Source of the DNA: Mobula hypostoma
Lineage: Eukaryota
Assembly (NCBI RefSeq): GCF_963921235.1
Contig: NC_086097.1
Location: 236,842,001-236,906,000 of the forward strand
DNA length: 64,000 nucleotides
Direction: 5' to 3'
The notes under the pieces are model-generated. The model ran no database searches, was not told where the DNA came from, and saw only the letters and a list, made by a program, of their open reading frames with translations. Below, one piece after another: positions 12,255 through 25,074 of this stretch. A program made the translations under genes and the position numbers. Numbering within the stretch: position 1 is the stretch's first letter; each line of letters begins with the position of its first letter.

Positions 12255-12455
12255 GATGGGTGGCATGCTTTATAGTGCCAGCAACTAGCGATCAGCTTGT
12301 TCAATTCCAGCCACTGAACGTGAGGAGTTTGTACGTACTCTATGTGATTGTATTTTCCTCCCAGTGCTGCAGTTTAGGGTATATAAGTTCTAGAGATGCT
12401 ATGTTGTCACTCGCAGTGTGGCAGCACCTGTGGGCTGACCCTAGCACATCTTAGG
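12255..12455 (+). mobile_element. Decayed V-domain-like SINE
   Basis: Resembles 43710-43945 (ttcaattcc..gaggagtttgtacgtactc). Confidence 0.55.
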
Positions 12456-12460
12456 ATGTA

Positions 12461-13540
12461 CATAGATAGTTAGATACTTTATTGATCCCAAAGGAAATTA
12501 CAGTGTCACAGTAGCATTACAAGTGCACAGATATAAATATTAGAGAAGTAGAAAGAATAAAAAATAGGGGAGGGAGGGAATGTTGACTCCGACGATGAGA
12601 GGCCTGCGTCGGGCATTTTCATGCCTTCTTGTAAGAAGATTGGGGCGCCATTCCTCACACAGACACTAGAGCAATGTGTAGTTAAGTGTCTTGCTCAAGG
12701 ACACAACATGCTGCCACAGCTGAGGCTCGAACTAGTGACCTTCAGATCACCAGACGAACGCCTTAACCACTTGGCCACGTGGCCAACACCAACAAGTTAC
12801 CACAATAAAAAATAAGTTATCACAAACAGTCTATCGGGGGGGGGGGAGGTCAGGGGGGTCATCACTTCCTCCACTATAGGTTGACTCATTATAGAGCCTA
12901 AGGATAATAATGACCTCATGTAGCACTCTTTAGAGCTGTGCAGTTGTCTTAGTCTATTACCAAAAGTGCTCCTTTGTTCAGTCAGGGTGAGAAACATTGT
13001 CCAGAATTGCCAGGATTTTTGGTAGGGTCCTTTGTTCAACCACACCCTCCAGTGTGTCCATTTAAAATTCTATAACAGAGTCAGCCTTTCTAATCAGTTT
13101 ATTGAGCCTCTTGGCATCACCTGTGTTGATGCCATTGCCCCAGTACACCACCGCATAGAAGATTGTACTGGCGACCACAGACTAGTAGAACATATGAAGG
13201 ACAGGTCTGCACACTCCAAAGGACCTCAGTCTCCTCAGGAAGTAGAGGCAACTCTGGCCCTTCTTGTACACAGCCTCTGTGTTGGTACTCCACTCAGGTC
13301 TATTATCCAGGTGCACCCCCAGGTACTTGTAGGTCCTCACCACATCCACGTCCTCACCATCAATAGTAACAGGGAACAGTGCAGGCTTAATCTTCCTAAA
13401 GTCCATCACCATCTCCTTTGTCTTACTAATGTTGAGCTGCAGATGATACTGCTTGCACCGTTTGACAAAGTCCTCCACCAGGGCCCTGTATTCATCCTCC
13501 CGTTCTCCATTTATACACCCAAATATTGATGAGTCATATG
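12461..13540 (-). mobile_element. Rex1/Babar 3' fragment interrupted by a SINE
   Basis: ORF 13182-13478 (LQLNISKTKEMVMDFR..YKYLGVHLD..LYFLRRLRSF); tail with aataaa on minus strand at ~12461-12485. Confidence 0.85.
12566..12790 (-). mobile_element. tRNA-derived SINE (head shared with 17975-18090, different tail)
   Basis: Minus strand A box tggccaagtgg and B box agttcgagcc. Confidence 0.8.
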
Positions 13541-13719
13541 TGACCTATAATGCTAATTTTTAATATTTAATGGCATTAGTGAAGACAATGATTGGCTACT
13601 AAATACAGGTATCAACAGATATACAGTAGGCTTTTTCAATACTGACCATGAGACATTCTGGAATGCTTGATGAAAGGTGCCAAGAAAATAATAGATGACA
13701 TTGAGACATATGAGACAAA

Positions 13720-14315
13720 GGGTAGTTAAGAAGGGATGTTGTGTGTTGGCCTTCAGTTATCCACGGATTAAGTTCAAGAGCTACAAAGTAATCTTGCAGC
13801 CCTACAAAACACTGCTTATTCCACACTTGGAGCATTGTGTTCAGTTTTGGTCGCCTCATTATAGGAAGGATATGGAAGCTTTAGAGAGAAGATTTGCCAG
13901 GATGCTGCCTGGATTTGAAAGCATGTGTTATGAAGGAAGGCTCAACAAGCTAGAGTTTTTTTTTGGTGTGAAGGAGGATGAGAGGTGACTTGATAGGGAT
14001 GTACAAGATGATAAGTGTCATAGATACAGTGGATAGCCAGAAACTTTTTCCCAGGGCGGAAATGGCTGATACAAGGGTGCGTAATTTTAAGTTGATTGTA
14101 GGAAGTAGTGTGCGGCCAGTGGTGGTGATAGAGGAAGTTGCATTAGGGACATTTAAGAGACTTGTAGATAGGCAGGTGGATGAGAGAAAAATGGAAGGCT
14201 ATATAGCAGAGATGAATTATATTGATTTTGGAGTCAGTTAAAAAGTTGGCATAACATTGTTGGCTGAAGGGCATGCACTGTTTTGTACTGTCCATTATTC
14301 TATGTCCTTATCTAT
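13720..14315 (+). mobile_element. CR1 3' fragment, decayed
   Basis: PHLEHCVQFWSPHYRKD; RGDLI. Confidence 0.85.
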
Positions 14316-14711
14316 GTTTACTGGAATCTAAGACACAATTATGAGATCAGAAACTGGAAGAACAACCGAAAGTTGTTAGGGGGAGGTCTGGAATTCGTTA
14401 GCTGAAAGAGAAAAGACATTGATTTTAAGCACTAAACATGAATGGACCAGATACTGGTGTTAAGATGCACTTAAAAATTGAGGTATTGAAACACGGAGAG
14501 TTAGAGTGCCTCTTAGTCTTAAAATTATGCATGAAATTATAGGACATTCCAGAAGAGGGTTCAGTCCACCAAGACTGATCTCAAAAGCATCAAATGTTAC
14601 AGGGAACATGCAGGAGAATGGGGTTGACAGGAATAATAATCAAGGCATGATGAATTGGCAGAGCATAATCGATGGACTGAATAGCCTAATTCTGCTCTTA
14701 TGTCTTATGAT

Positions 14712-15110
14712 TGGATGGCGGGGCAGAGATATGTCTCTACCAAAGGAGGTGTAAGATGCTCCTTCCCTCCAGTAGCTTGCAGGTCACTCTTAGGCAAGGT
14801 GTAGCAATTGTTTAGTCCCATCTGCACCCAACCCCCCCCACCCCCCAATCAGGTACATGTGACGTCATGGGAGCAGTGGTGGATGGTCATATGAGCAGCT
14901 GCCATTTCCTAAGTCCTGGTTATGCGACCACTGATGCCAGGGGGACAGCTTTTGAAGAGTATTGATAATGGCTAGTGTCACCCACTTGTAAAGACACTGC
15001 CCAGAAGAAGGCAATGGAAAACCAGTTCTGTAGAAATATTTGCCAGGAACAATTATGGTCATGAGGCCATGATCACCCACATCATACGACACAGCACAAA
15101 ATAATGATGT
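14712..15110 (+). mobile_element. Family A SINE-like retroposon inserted in a CR1 tail
   Basis: Collinear with 4120-4486; CR1 tail cttatg resumes at ~15115. Confidence 0.85.
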
Positions 15111-15364
15111 TGTCCTGTAGTCTTATGGTCTTAAAATGGTCATGGTCACATCCAGGGGCTGTCAATCCTTCCCACTTATTACCATTGGACCTAAACACTA
15201 TTAAATTTCACTGAGGCAGATTGAACAAAAGCTCATTATATCTCTAGCTCTCTGAAAAGTTCTTCAAGCCCACGTCCCCAGAAAGAGAATGTATTCTTCA
15301 AAAACTTCTCTCTGTTCTTTGCCTGTGATTCTGTGCTGCACTATGCAATTTTAAACATTGGTAT

Positions 15365-15895
15365 ACACTCACCGGCCACTTCAAAGTACAGGAGTTACCT
15401 AATAAATTGGCTTTCTGCTTTGTGTAGTCTTCTGCCACTGTAGCCCATCCACGATAAGTTTTGACACGTTGTGCATTCAGAGATGCTCTTCAGTAAACTA
15501 TTTTTTTTTAATATGTGGTTATGTGAACTACCTGTCTGCCCGAACTAGTTTGGCTATTCTCCTCTGACCTTTCTCCTTAACAAGGCACTTTCATCCACAG
15601 AACTGCTCATTGGATTTTTAAATATTTTTTTCACAACATTCTCTGTAAACACCAGAGATTGTTGAGGAGAAAATCGCAGGAAATTAATAGTTTCTGAGAT
15701 ATTCAAACCACCCCATCTGGCACCAACAATCCATGGTCAAGGTCACTTAGATCATATTTCTTGCCCATTCTAATATTTGGTCCGAGCAACTGAACCTCTT
15801 TTATGCATTGAGTTGTTGCCACATGTTTGGCTGATTAGATATTTGCATCAACAAGCAGGTGTACTGGAGGTTCCTAATAAAGTGGCCACTGAGTG
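15365..15895. mobile_element. Tc1-derived MITE (cactcagtggccactttattagg-type TIR)
   Basis: Ends cactcaccggccactt / aataaagtggccactgagtg; related copies at 19785-22020 and 41590-41970. Confidence 0.75.
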
Positions 15896-16479
15896 TGTTG
15901 TGATTAACGTAGCACAACATGATAATTTGTGTCTATTTTTTAAAGCTGGTGTTGCTGGAATAAAACTGTCATTTCAGACAAAGCAATTGTTCGAATAATA
16001 AGATATCTTGCAGCCAAAAAATATGCTGTTATTCATTCTAACTGGCCACTTTGCCCTAATATTGCTATAAATCCTATTCTTTTCCCTAGTTTTACACTGG
16101 TAATAGCTAGCTTCCCATTGAGACCAGTTGTATATTTCCATTCAATTTAAAAGAAGGTGTAATCTACATTTTTTTTTGCTGAGAAAGATGGCATTGCAGA
16201 AGATTCAGATTTCTACTGGTAGTCCTCAATTTGTTGAAAATGAATGGTCAATCAAATAATGCAATTGAAATGTTAGCAAAAACAAAATAAAACAGTCACA
16301 AGCAGTATAATTGAAATCATTGCAGATTACATAGAATTGAATAGAACATACAGCTCAGAAGTAGGCTATACAGCCCAAGTAATTAATGTAGTATTGATAC
16401 ATACTAATGTAGGGTTGAGCTTCTCTCCTCCTTCTTCAATATACTCTGCAAATCCTATCATTCTCCTGTATATGTTTAG

Positions 16480-17270
16480 CATTCATAGAGCCATAGACCA
16501 CTATACCACAGAAACAGACCTTTCAGCCCACTTAGTCCATTCCAACCTGATATTCTGTCTAAGTCTCACTTACCTGTACTCAGATCATATCCCAACTAAA
16601 CCCTCCCATCCATGTGCCTATCCAAACTCATCTTAACTGGTGCAATTGACCCTGCATCTGCCTCTTCTGCTGGCAGCTGACTCCACAGTCACACCACCCT
16701 CTGAGTGGAGAAGATCTCCCTCAGATTCCCCTTAAATATTTCACCTTTTACCCTCAACCTATGACCTCTAGTTCTAGTCTTACCCAACATGAGGGGAAAA
16801 AGTCTGCATGTACTGTAGTCGTTTGTTAGTTCTGTGCCATGTCGAAACACGTGGGCGATCATGGTCTTTCCATGACCATGATTATTCTTGGCAAATTTTT
16901 CTCAAAAGTGGTGTGCCATTGCCTTCTTCTTGGCAGTGTCTTTACAAGAAGAATGACCCCAGCCATCATCAATACTCTTCAGAGATTGTCTGCCTGACGT
17001 CAGTGGTGGCATAACCAGGACTTGTGATAATGAACCAGCTGCTCATATGACCATCCACCACTTGTTCCCATGGCTTCATGTGATCCTAATCGGTTGGAAG
17101 GGGGGGGGGGGCGGCTAAACAGGTGCTACACCTTGTCCAAGAGTGACCTGCAGGCTAGTGGAGGGAAAGAGTGCCTTACACCTCTTTTGGTAGAGACATA
17201 TCTCCATCCCATCACCCTAGTACTGTAGACATCATATCCATACCCCTCATCACTTTGTATACCTCTATTC
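16480..17270 (-). mobile_element. Old CR1 3' end interrupted by family A SINE
   Basis: catagagccatagacc tail; atgacctctagttctagtc; resumes catatccatacccctcat. Confidence 0.75.
16819..17219 (-). mobile_element. Family A SINE-like retroposon
   Basis: TSD gtactgtag 16810-16818/17220-17228. Confidence 0.9.
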
Positions 17271-17514
17271 CTGAAAAGTAACTACACTATTTGCCAAAAC
17301 CAGGTGATGGATAGCTGATTTTCACCACGCATTGATTAACAAAGGTGCTTCAAAATTACCGATCTGATTTATTGTCCATAGGTTTCCAGTTCTGCTCTTG
17401 CTCATAAATGGGACCACAACACATTCGCCAAAGTGAATTTTAATTGAGTTGATTTACTGGGAGAGTTTGATCGTGGAGAAGGAGTAACATGGCACAAACT
17501 GTTGTTAACATAAT

Positions 17515-17785
17515 AACACAGAACTTAGATCATTACAGCACAATACAGGCTCTTCAGCTCATGAGGTTGTGCCATACTTTTAATCAACTCTAGGATCAAC
17601 CCAACCTTTCCCTTCTACATAGCCCTCCATTTTTCTATCATTTGTGTACCTATATCAGAATCTCTTAAATGTTCAGAATGTATCTACCTCTACCGCTAAC
17701 CGTAGCAGGGCGTTCCATGCACTCACCACTCTCTGTGTAAAAAACTGCCTCTGACAACCCCCTGTACTTTAATCCAGTCACCTCA
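17515..17785 (-). mobile_element. Old CR1 3' end
   Basis: gttccatgcactcaccactctctgtgtaaaaaa = FFTQRVV on minus strand. Confidence 0.75.
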
Positions 17786-17786
17786 T

Positions 17787-18092
17787 ATAGGCATCTGTTA
17801 GTCTCGTGAGACCATGGATTCACACCTTGGAAGGTTTCCAGGGCGCAGGCCTGGGCAAGGTTGTATGGAAGACGGGCAGTTGCCCATGCTGCCAGTCTCC
17901 CCTCTCCACGACACCGATGTTGTCCAAGGGAAGGGCATTAGGACGCATATAGCTTGGCGCCAGTGTCGTCGCAGAGCAATGTGTGGTTAAGTGCCTTGCT
18001 CAAGAACACAACACGCTGCCTCACCCAAGGTTCGAACTAGCGACCTTCAGATCACTAGACAAACGCTTTAACCACTTGGCCACACGCCAACA
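17787..18092 (-). mobile_element. tRNA-derived SINE with tail shared with 24469-24670
   Basis: A box tggccaagtgg, B box agttcgaacc on minus strand; gagaccatggat..ccagggcgcaggcctgggcaagg tail. Confidence 0.85.
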
Positions 18093-18134
18093 CACCTTAT
18101 AATTAATAATAATTAATTAAATTATTATTTCTTG

Positions 18135-18350
18135 GTTCACCTACCACCTTCCAGCTAGCCTATTTCCCCTCCCTCCACCCTTTTATTCTGGCATCTTCCC
18201 CCTTCCTTCTCAATCCTGAGTACAGGCCTCAGTCTAAAACATTGACTACTTATTCATTTCCATAGATGCTGTCTGACCTGCTGAGTTCCTTCAGCATTTT
18301 GTGTGTGTTGATCTGGATTTTCAGCATCTGCAGACTTTTGCACGTTTGTT
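18135..18350 (+). mobile_element. Penelope terminal fragment
   Basis: gatgctgtctgacctgctgagttccttcagcattttgtgtg plus tail. Confidence 0.75.
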
Positions 18351-18559
18351 ATTTCTCGATTTCCTGGCCAGATAACCTAAATGACCATGATGATAGTGTA
18401 TTTAACCTTTGTTCACTATTTCACCATTTAAGAGGTACCTTTGAATTCTCTTGGGATGGTGCAAACTAAGAAAATATACCCTGGACATGCCTACGTTGTT
18501 GTGGGATTCAGTGACTCTTTGCTGTGGTGATGGCTTTGTAGTGGAGACTCTAGCTCCAT

Positions 18560-19582
18560 CACGCTGAGCGCTGTGCTCCCCAGTGCTGCATGTTCAGCCC
18601 TCTGCTGTTCACAGAGACTGCATTGCTAGATCCAGTTCCAACCAAATCACCAAGTTTACAAAATCAAATCAACAGCAGCTGGCCTCATCAACAATGACGG
18701 CGAGACGGTGTACAGAGAGAGGATGTATAGCGGCTGGGTGAGCAGTGTAAGCCTAACAACTGGAGTCTCAACCTGGACAAGACCAAAGAGATGATTGTGG
18801 ACTTTAGGAAGGTCCACTGCTCGCTGCACACACAGTACTGGGCTCCTCCAAGAAGAGGGTTAGGAGCACCTAGTATCAGGGAATACACATAATGGAAGAT
18901 CTCGCCTGGTCCCTCAACACCATCTCTTTGGTCAAGAAAGCACAACAGTGTTTTCACTTCCTGAGGAGATTGAGGTAAGTGAGGCTTCCCCCCCCACCCC
19001 CATGTTAACCAATTTTCACAGGAGCTCCATCGAGAGTGTTTTGACTTGCTACATCATCGTCAGGTACAGGAATTGCAAGACAGCTGACCACAAGTCCCTA
19101 CAAAGGATTGCAAGGACTGTTGGGAGGGTCATCGGGGTCTCCATTCCACCTATTAGAAATATTTATTTGGACTGCAGCCTACACAGGGCCCTTAGCATTG
19201 TTAAGGGTCTCTTCTGTTCATCCGGTAATCTGTTGGACGCCTCCCCCACCCCCACCATCAGGATGGATGTACCATAGCATTACAACAAGAACTGCTAGGG
19301 TGGGAAACTACTTAACTACTTCTTCCAACAGGCCATACGGCTACTGAACTCCTTGCCACTACACAGGTCCCATTATTTGAAGTACCTGTAGTGTTATACT
19401 GTTTACTTTTTACCTTGTATAATATCTGAACTATATTATTTCTTAATTTATTTGTGTTAATATTACTTCGTGTGTGTGAGTTATAGGTACACCAGTATGC
19501 ACCCCGGTCTGGAGGAACGTTGATCCATTTGGCAGTACACATGTGTAGAATAAAAATGACAATAAACTGAACTTAAACTTGA
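18560..19582 (+). mobile_element. Rex1/Babar-like 3' fragment, decayed
   Basis: LNLDKTKEMIVDFRK and SSIESVLT-like segments; aataaactgaactt tail. Confidence 0.8.
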
Positions 19583-19784
19583 GTCCACAAAAACATGCTC
19601 TTCCTCCTAAATGGAACAGTAAGTTACTTTGCATCATTGTGGTGATGGGAGTGAGCAACAAAAATGTGCACTCCATCTGGTGTCCACTTCACCACTCTTG
19701 CGTTCATGCATTTCAGAAGGTTAAGAAGATCCACAGAAGTTCCCAAAGGATCAAAAAGATGCACAGGATGACATAATCACCTAC

Positions 19785-22021
19785 AACTTAGTGGCCAATT
19801 TATTAGGTATATCTGTACGCCCGATTGTTAATGAAAACATCTAATCTGTCAGTCGTGTGCAGCATCTCAAAGCATAAGAGTATGCAGACATGTTCAAGAA
19901 CTTCAGCTGTTGTTCAGACCAAACATCAGAATGGGGAAAAAATGTGATCTAAGTCACTTTGACACTGGAATGATTGTTGGTGCCAGACAGGGTGGTTTGA
20001 ATATCTCAGAAACTTCTGATCTCCTGGGATTTTCATGTACAATACAACATTGCTTCAGTATTTACCAGTGAAAAGGATCTTGGCAGTTATGGGGATGACT
20101 TACAGCGGACTGAGTGCTTGAGTGTATAGACATTAAGAAAGAGAATGTGCTGCAGCTTTTGAAAGGTAATAAGTTAGGTAAGTCACCAGGACTGGATGGA
20201 ATATACCCCAGACTACGATGGGAAGCAAGGGAGGAGATTGGTGAGCCTCTGGTGATGATCTTTGCATCATCAATTGGGACAGGAGAAGTACCAGAGGATT
20301 GGAAGTTTGCAAATATTGTTCCTTTGTTCAAGAAAGGGAGTAGAGATAACCCAGGAAATTATAGACCAGTGAATCTGACTTCAGTGGTGGGCAAGTTGTT
20401 GGAGAAGATCCTGAGAGGCAGGATTTATGAGCATTTGGAGAGACATAATCTGATTAAGGATAGTCAGCATGACTTTGCCAAGGACAGATCATCCTTTACA
20501 AACCTGATTGAATTCTTTGAGGATGTAAAAAAAATGCATTGATAAAGGTAGAGTATATGGATTTCAGTAAGGCATTTGATAAGGTTCCCCATGCAAGGCT
20601 TATTCAGAAATTAATGTGGCATGGTCTCCAAGGAGACCTTGCTATGTGGACCCAGAATTGAATTGGCCACAGAAGGCAAAGGGTGGTTATAGATGGTTCA
20701 TATTCTGCATGGAGGTTGGTTACCAGTGGTGTTCCACAGAGATCTGTTCTGGGACTCCTCCTCTTTGTGATTTTTAAAAATAACCTGGATGAAGAAGTAG
20801 AAGAGTTGGTTAGTAAGTTTGCTGATGACACAAAAGGTAGGCGTGTTGTTGATAGTCTGGAGGGTTGTCAGAGATTACAGTGGGACATCAATAGGGTGCA
20901 GAACTGGGCTGAGAAGTGGCAGACGAAGTTCAACCCAGATAAGTGTTAAGTTGTTCAATTCGGGAGGTCAAATTTGAAGACAGAGTTTAATATTAATGGT
21001 AAGACTCTTGGCAGTGTGGAGGATCAACAAGATCTTGGGGTCCATGTCCATAGGACACTCAAAGGTGCTGCGCAGGTTGACAGTGTTGTTAAGTAAACAT
21101 ATGGTGTGTTGGCCTTCATCAACCAAGGGATTGAGTTCAAGAGCCGTGTGGTAATGTTACAACTAGTTAAGATCTTAGTTAGGCCCCACTTGGAGTACTG
21201 TCTTCAGTTCTGGTCACCTCATTGCAGGAAGGATGTGGATACTATAGAGAAAGTACAGAGGAGATCTACGAGGTTGTTGCCTGGATGGGAGAGCATAGGT
21301 TGAGTGATCTTGGCCTTTTCTCCTTATAGTGATGGAAGATGTGAGGTGACCTGATAGAGGTGTATAAGATGATGAAAGGCATTGATCATGTGGATAGTCA
21401 GAGGCTTTTTCCCAGGGCTGAAATAGCTAATATGAGGGGCATAGTTTTAAGGTGCTTGGAAACAGGTACTGAGGGGATGTCAGAGGTAAGTTTTCACACA
21501 GAGACTGGTGGGTGCACAGAATGCACTGCTGGTGATGGTGGTGAAGGCGGATACAATAGGATCTTTTAAGAGACTCTTAGAGTCTTAGAGTACATGGAGG
21601 CTAGAAAAATAGAGAGCTATGAGGTAGGGAATTTCTAGGCAGTTTCTCAATTAGGTTACATGGTCAGCAGAACATTTGTGGGCCAAGGGGCCTGTAATGT
21701 GCTGTAAATTTCTATGTTTCTATGTATGTTTCTATGTCTCTAGAGTTTACAGAGGGTGGTGAAAAAACAAACAACAAAAACATCCAGTGAGCAGCAGTTC
21801 TGTGGGTGAAATAATAAAGGAAGTTCAGAGGAGAATGACCAAACTGGTTCAAGCTGACAGGAATGCGACAATATCACAAATAAACACGCGTTAAAGCAAC
21901 AGCGTGCAGAACATCATCTCTGAACGCACAACTCATCGAACCTTGAAGTGAATGGGATACAGCAGCAGACGACCACAAAGAGACATTCAAGAATTGCCTA
22001 ATACAGTGGTCACTGAGTGTA
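19785..22021. mobile_element. Tc1-derived MITE split by a CR1 insertion
   Basis: Ends agtggccaattttattagg / cctaatacagtggtcactgagtgTA. Confidence 0.75.
20050..21736 (+). mobile_element. 5'-truncated CR1, frameshifted
   Basis: KSPGLDG, NYRPVNLTS, FADD, PHLEYC; (TTTCTATG)n tail. Confidence 0.92.
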
Positions 22022-22054
22022 TATCCAGGAGATTTAATGTCCTTGAACTGTTGA

Positions 22055-22060
22055 CATGCG

Positions 22061-22119
<59 letters not shown>
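22055..22119. repeat. (CG)n(CA)n compound microsatellite
   Basis: Directly visible. Confidence 0.98.
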
Positions 22120-22125
<6 letters not shown>

Positions 22126-22249
22126 AGTCACCTTGCAGTGGGCATACTGCCCTTTATCTCTGAATTTCAGTACAGACCCTCTGTGCACAACCTTTGGTAG
22201 TCAATCTTGCTCACTGGCAGTTCCATTCTTCTCCCTTACAGCTGTCAGA

Positions 22250-22752
22250 GTGACATGTCTGCCTATGATTACTCCAACTTTTGGCAACCGCTCCCCCGCC
22301 CGCCTTATCCTGCTGGCTCCTCCCCCTTCCCCATTCTTTTCGCATTTCTTCCCCATTCTGATGTTTGGGCTGAACAACCTGGCAATTTCTTTTTCCTTCC
22401 TCCCTCTGGATCCCTATTATTCCATGGTCTATCAACCTTTCCTTTCAGATTCTTTCTTCTTCAGCTCTTTACCTTTTCCATTTACTGCCTCATAGCTTCT
22501 TACATCATTCACTTTCCTCCCAAATACCCCTCCACTTTCTAGCTTTCCCTTTTCACTTGGTTTCACCTATCACCTTCTCATTTGTACTCCTTCCCATCCC
22601 CCAACTTCTTACTCTGGCTTCTTCTGCTGACCCCCCCACCCCCCGCCTTTTCAATCTTGATAAAGGATCTCAGCCTGAATCATAAGCTCTTTATTCCTCT
22701 TGGCAGATGCTGCCTGACCTGCTGAGTTCCTCCAGAACTCTGTGTGCGTTAC
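22250..22752 (+). mobile_element. Penelope-like 3' region, decayed
   Basis: Pyrimidine-rich tract ending gatgctgcctgacctgctgagttcctccag. Confidence 0.7.
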
Positions 22753-23574
22753 CATAGTCTACACTGGATTAGGTACAGTGGTCACATGTGAAAGGCAGGG
22801 ATTATATTTAATCAAGGTGTCTATATGGAATTGAGAAGGAAGCAAGCATATCAGGCCAAGATTCCTCTTCCTAATTATAACTCACCAATTGCTTCTACAG
22901 TTATCTTGCTCTTGTGGGCTATCTGACTCCTCTGGTTAATAGCCAGATAATTGCATCAGCATATGTGTGATAAATGGCCATTTCAGCAAATACTCCAGAG
23001 CCTTTGTGGCATATGTGTCATTATCATTAACAGAGAAAGAGAAGAATTAGATTAAGGAAAAGAATACAAGATAACCAGTGACATCTTCAACACTGCATAG
23101 CATGTTAGCATGTCAAAGTAGTACCACTCCAATGATATCTGGATGGATTAACAGCTCTTGCATACAAGAGCTTCTGTGTGCTAGAGAAACCTGTCAAGTT
23201 GTTTTCAATGTTGGTGCCATATAAATTTGCTGTGATCACTAATGATGTGAGTCAGGTATGTTTCCTCACCTCACATTTATGTGATGAGATTTTTGTGCTT
23301 TTGATATTCCTACAGATATACTGCCACTTGCACTTAAATACAAAATAAATTCACCGTATCAAGATGAAAATGATGTATAACAAAAGATTCAAGACTGATA
23401 GTATTTCATGTTGGAAAGATGCACATGTCTTCAAATTCAACTGCACATTACTCTACAGATTTGCAGACATCATGTTACTGCAGTGAAATGCGAAATGACA
23501 TAAAATAATTCCCATCAACTCTTGTCAATTCTGATCATGCATTGTGGACTTTTGTTTATTTATTTTTTATTTAT

Positions 23575-23825
23575 TTATTGACATACAGCATGGAGTAGGC
23601 CCTTCCTGCTCTTTGAACTGCACCGCCCAGCAATCCCCCAATTTAATTCTAGCCTACGGGCGGGACAATTTACAATGAGTAATTAACCTACCAACCGGTA
23701 CGTCTTTGGACTGTGGGAGGAAACCCATGTAGTCACAGCGAGAATGTACAGATTCCTTACAGAAAGCACCAGGAAATGAACCTGTGTCAGTGGTACAGCA
23801 AAGCACTTTGCTAACCACTACGCTG
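23575..23825 (-). mobile_element. V-domain SINE
   Basis: ggtacgtctttggactgtgggaggaaacc; gctaaccactacgct head. Confidence 0.8.
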
Positions 23826-23874
23826 CTTTGCGCATGTATTAAACAATTGCTGATCTTGTTGCCACATCGCCACA

Positions 23875-24468
23875 ATAGGCCAATGGCAGGTACAATCTCA
23901 ATGGCTCTCCACACGGCTTTAAACCACCTAGACAACAGAAACACCTACGTCAGGATGCTGTTCATCAACTATAGCTCAGCATTTAATACTATCTTTCCCA
24001 CAATTCTGATTGAGAAGTTGCAGAACCTGGGCATCTGTACCTCAATACACTCAAAAACTTCTATAGCTGTGCCGTGGAGAGCATTCTGACAGGCTGCATC
24101 GCTGTCTGGTATAGAGGGGCTATTGCACAGGACCGAAAGAAGCTGCAGAAGGTTGTAAATCTAGTCAGCTTCCTCTTGGGCACTAGCCAACAAAGTACCC
24201 AGGACATCTTCAGGGAGAGGGGTCTCAGAAAAGCAGCGTCCATTATTAAGGTCCTCCAGCACCCAGGGCATGCCCTTTTCTCACTGTTACCATGAGGTAG
24301 AAGATACAGAAGCCTGCAGGCACACTCAGTGATTCAGAAACAGCTTCTTCCCCTCCGCCATCCAATTCCTAAATGGACATTGAAGCTTTGGACACTACCT
24401 CACTTTATTTAGCATACAGTATTTCTGTTTTTGCACATTTTAAAAAATTTATTGAATATACATAATTG
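23875..24468 (+). mobile_element. Rex1/Babar-like fragment (host of the 24469-29672 nest; tail resumes 29686-29840)
   Basis: [28 protein letters not shown]; 3' UTR ending aataaacctgattctgattctga at ~29815-29838. Confidence 0.85.
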
Positions 24469-25053
24469 GTGGCATCCATTCGTCTTGCGAGACCATGGAT
24501 CTGCGCCTGGAAAGTCTACTGGAGTGTCCTCTCCAGGGCGCGGGCCTGGGCAAGGTGGTATGCAAGACCAGCAGTTGCCCATGCTGCAAGTCTCCCCTCT
24601 CCACGACACCAATGTTGTCCAAGGGAAGGACATTAGGACCCATACAGCTTGGCAGCAGTATTGTCACAGGAGTTGCCAGAACGAGGTTGAAGGCAACGTT
24701 GGACTGCCTTAGGGACACCAGCTCCGGATTTGTCCTCAGGGTTTACTTCAGAAGCCTTTCCCATGAGTGGGTACGGCCGCAAGGCAGTGGAGGTTTGAAA
24801 TCAGAGTTTTCCCTCTCTTAGATGGACTGCCTTCCCAGGCTGACGAGCTCCATCCACCTGAAGCACTGGTTTTAAGGCACCAGGACCTACCTTCGCCCCT
24901 TCTCCTGTCAGTAGAAACTGTTCCGCCGGACTTAGAGGCTAAGCCACACGAGAAGGCCAGGAGTTGGACTTGGTTGTCAGAGGCTATTTGAGGCGCAACA
25001 CGTGAGGAGCACTTTTAGGTAGTGGGAGCTTTACCCCACTACCACCCCTCAGC
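24469..25053 (-). mobile_element. Non-coding RTE-type non-autonomous element
   Basis: Tail shared with SINE at 17787; gggaaaactctgatttcaaacc RTE-like leader; no tRNA boxes. Confidence 0.65.
24902..25053 (-). ncRNA. Candidate HDV-like self-cleaving ribozyme
   Basis: P2 CUCCUG/CAGGAG, P3-L3 GCC-UUCUCGUGU-GGC, J4/2 CUGA, imperfect P1 at element 5' end. Confidence 0.5.
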
Positions 25054-25074
25054 TTGACAACCTTGGAAAATCTA

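Noticed and set aside
17975..18092. tRNA gene (also 12700-12790, 43710)
   Set aside because: A/B boxes lead into SINE bodies; no complete cloverleaf evident
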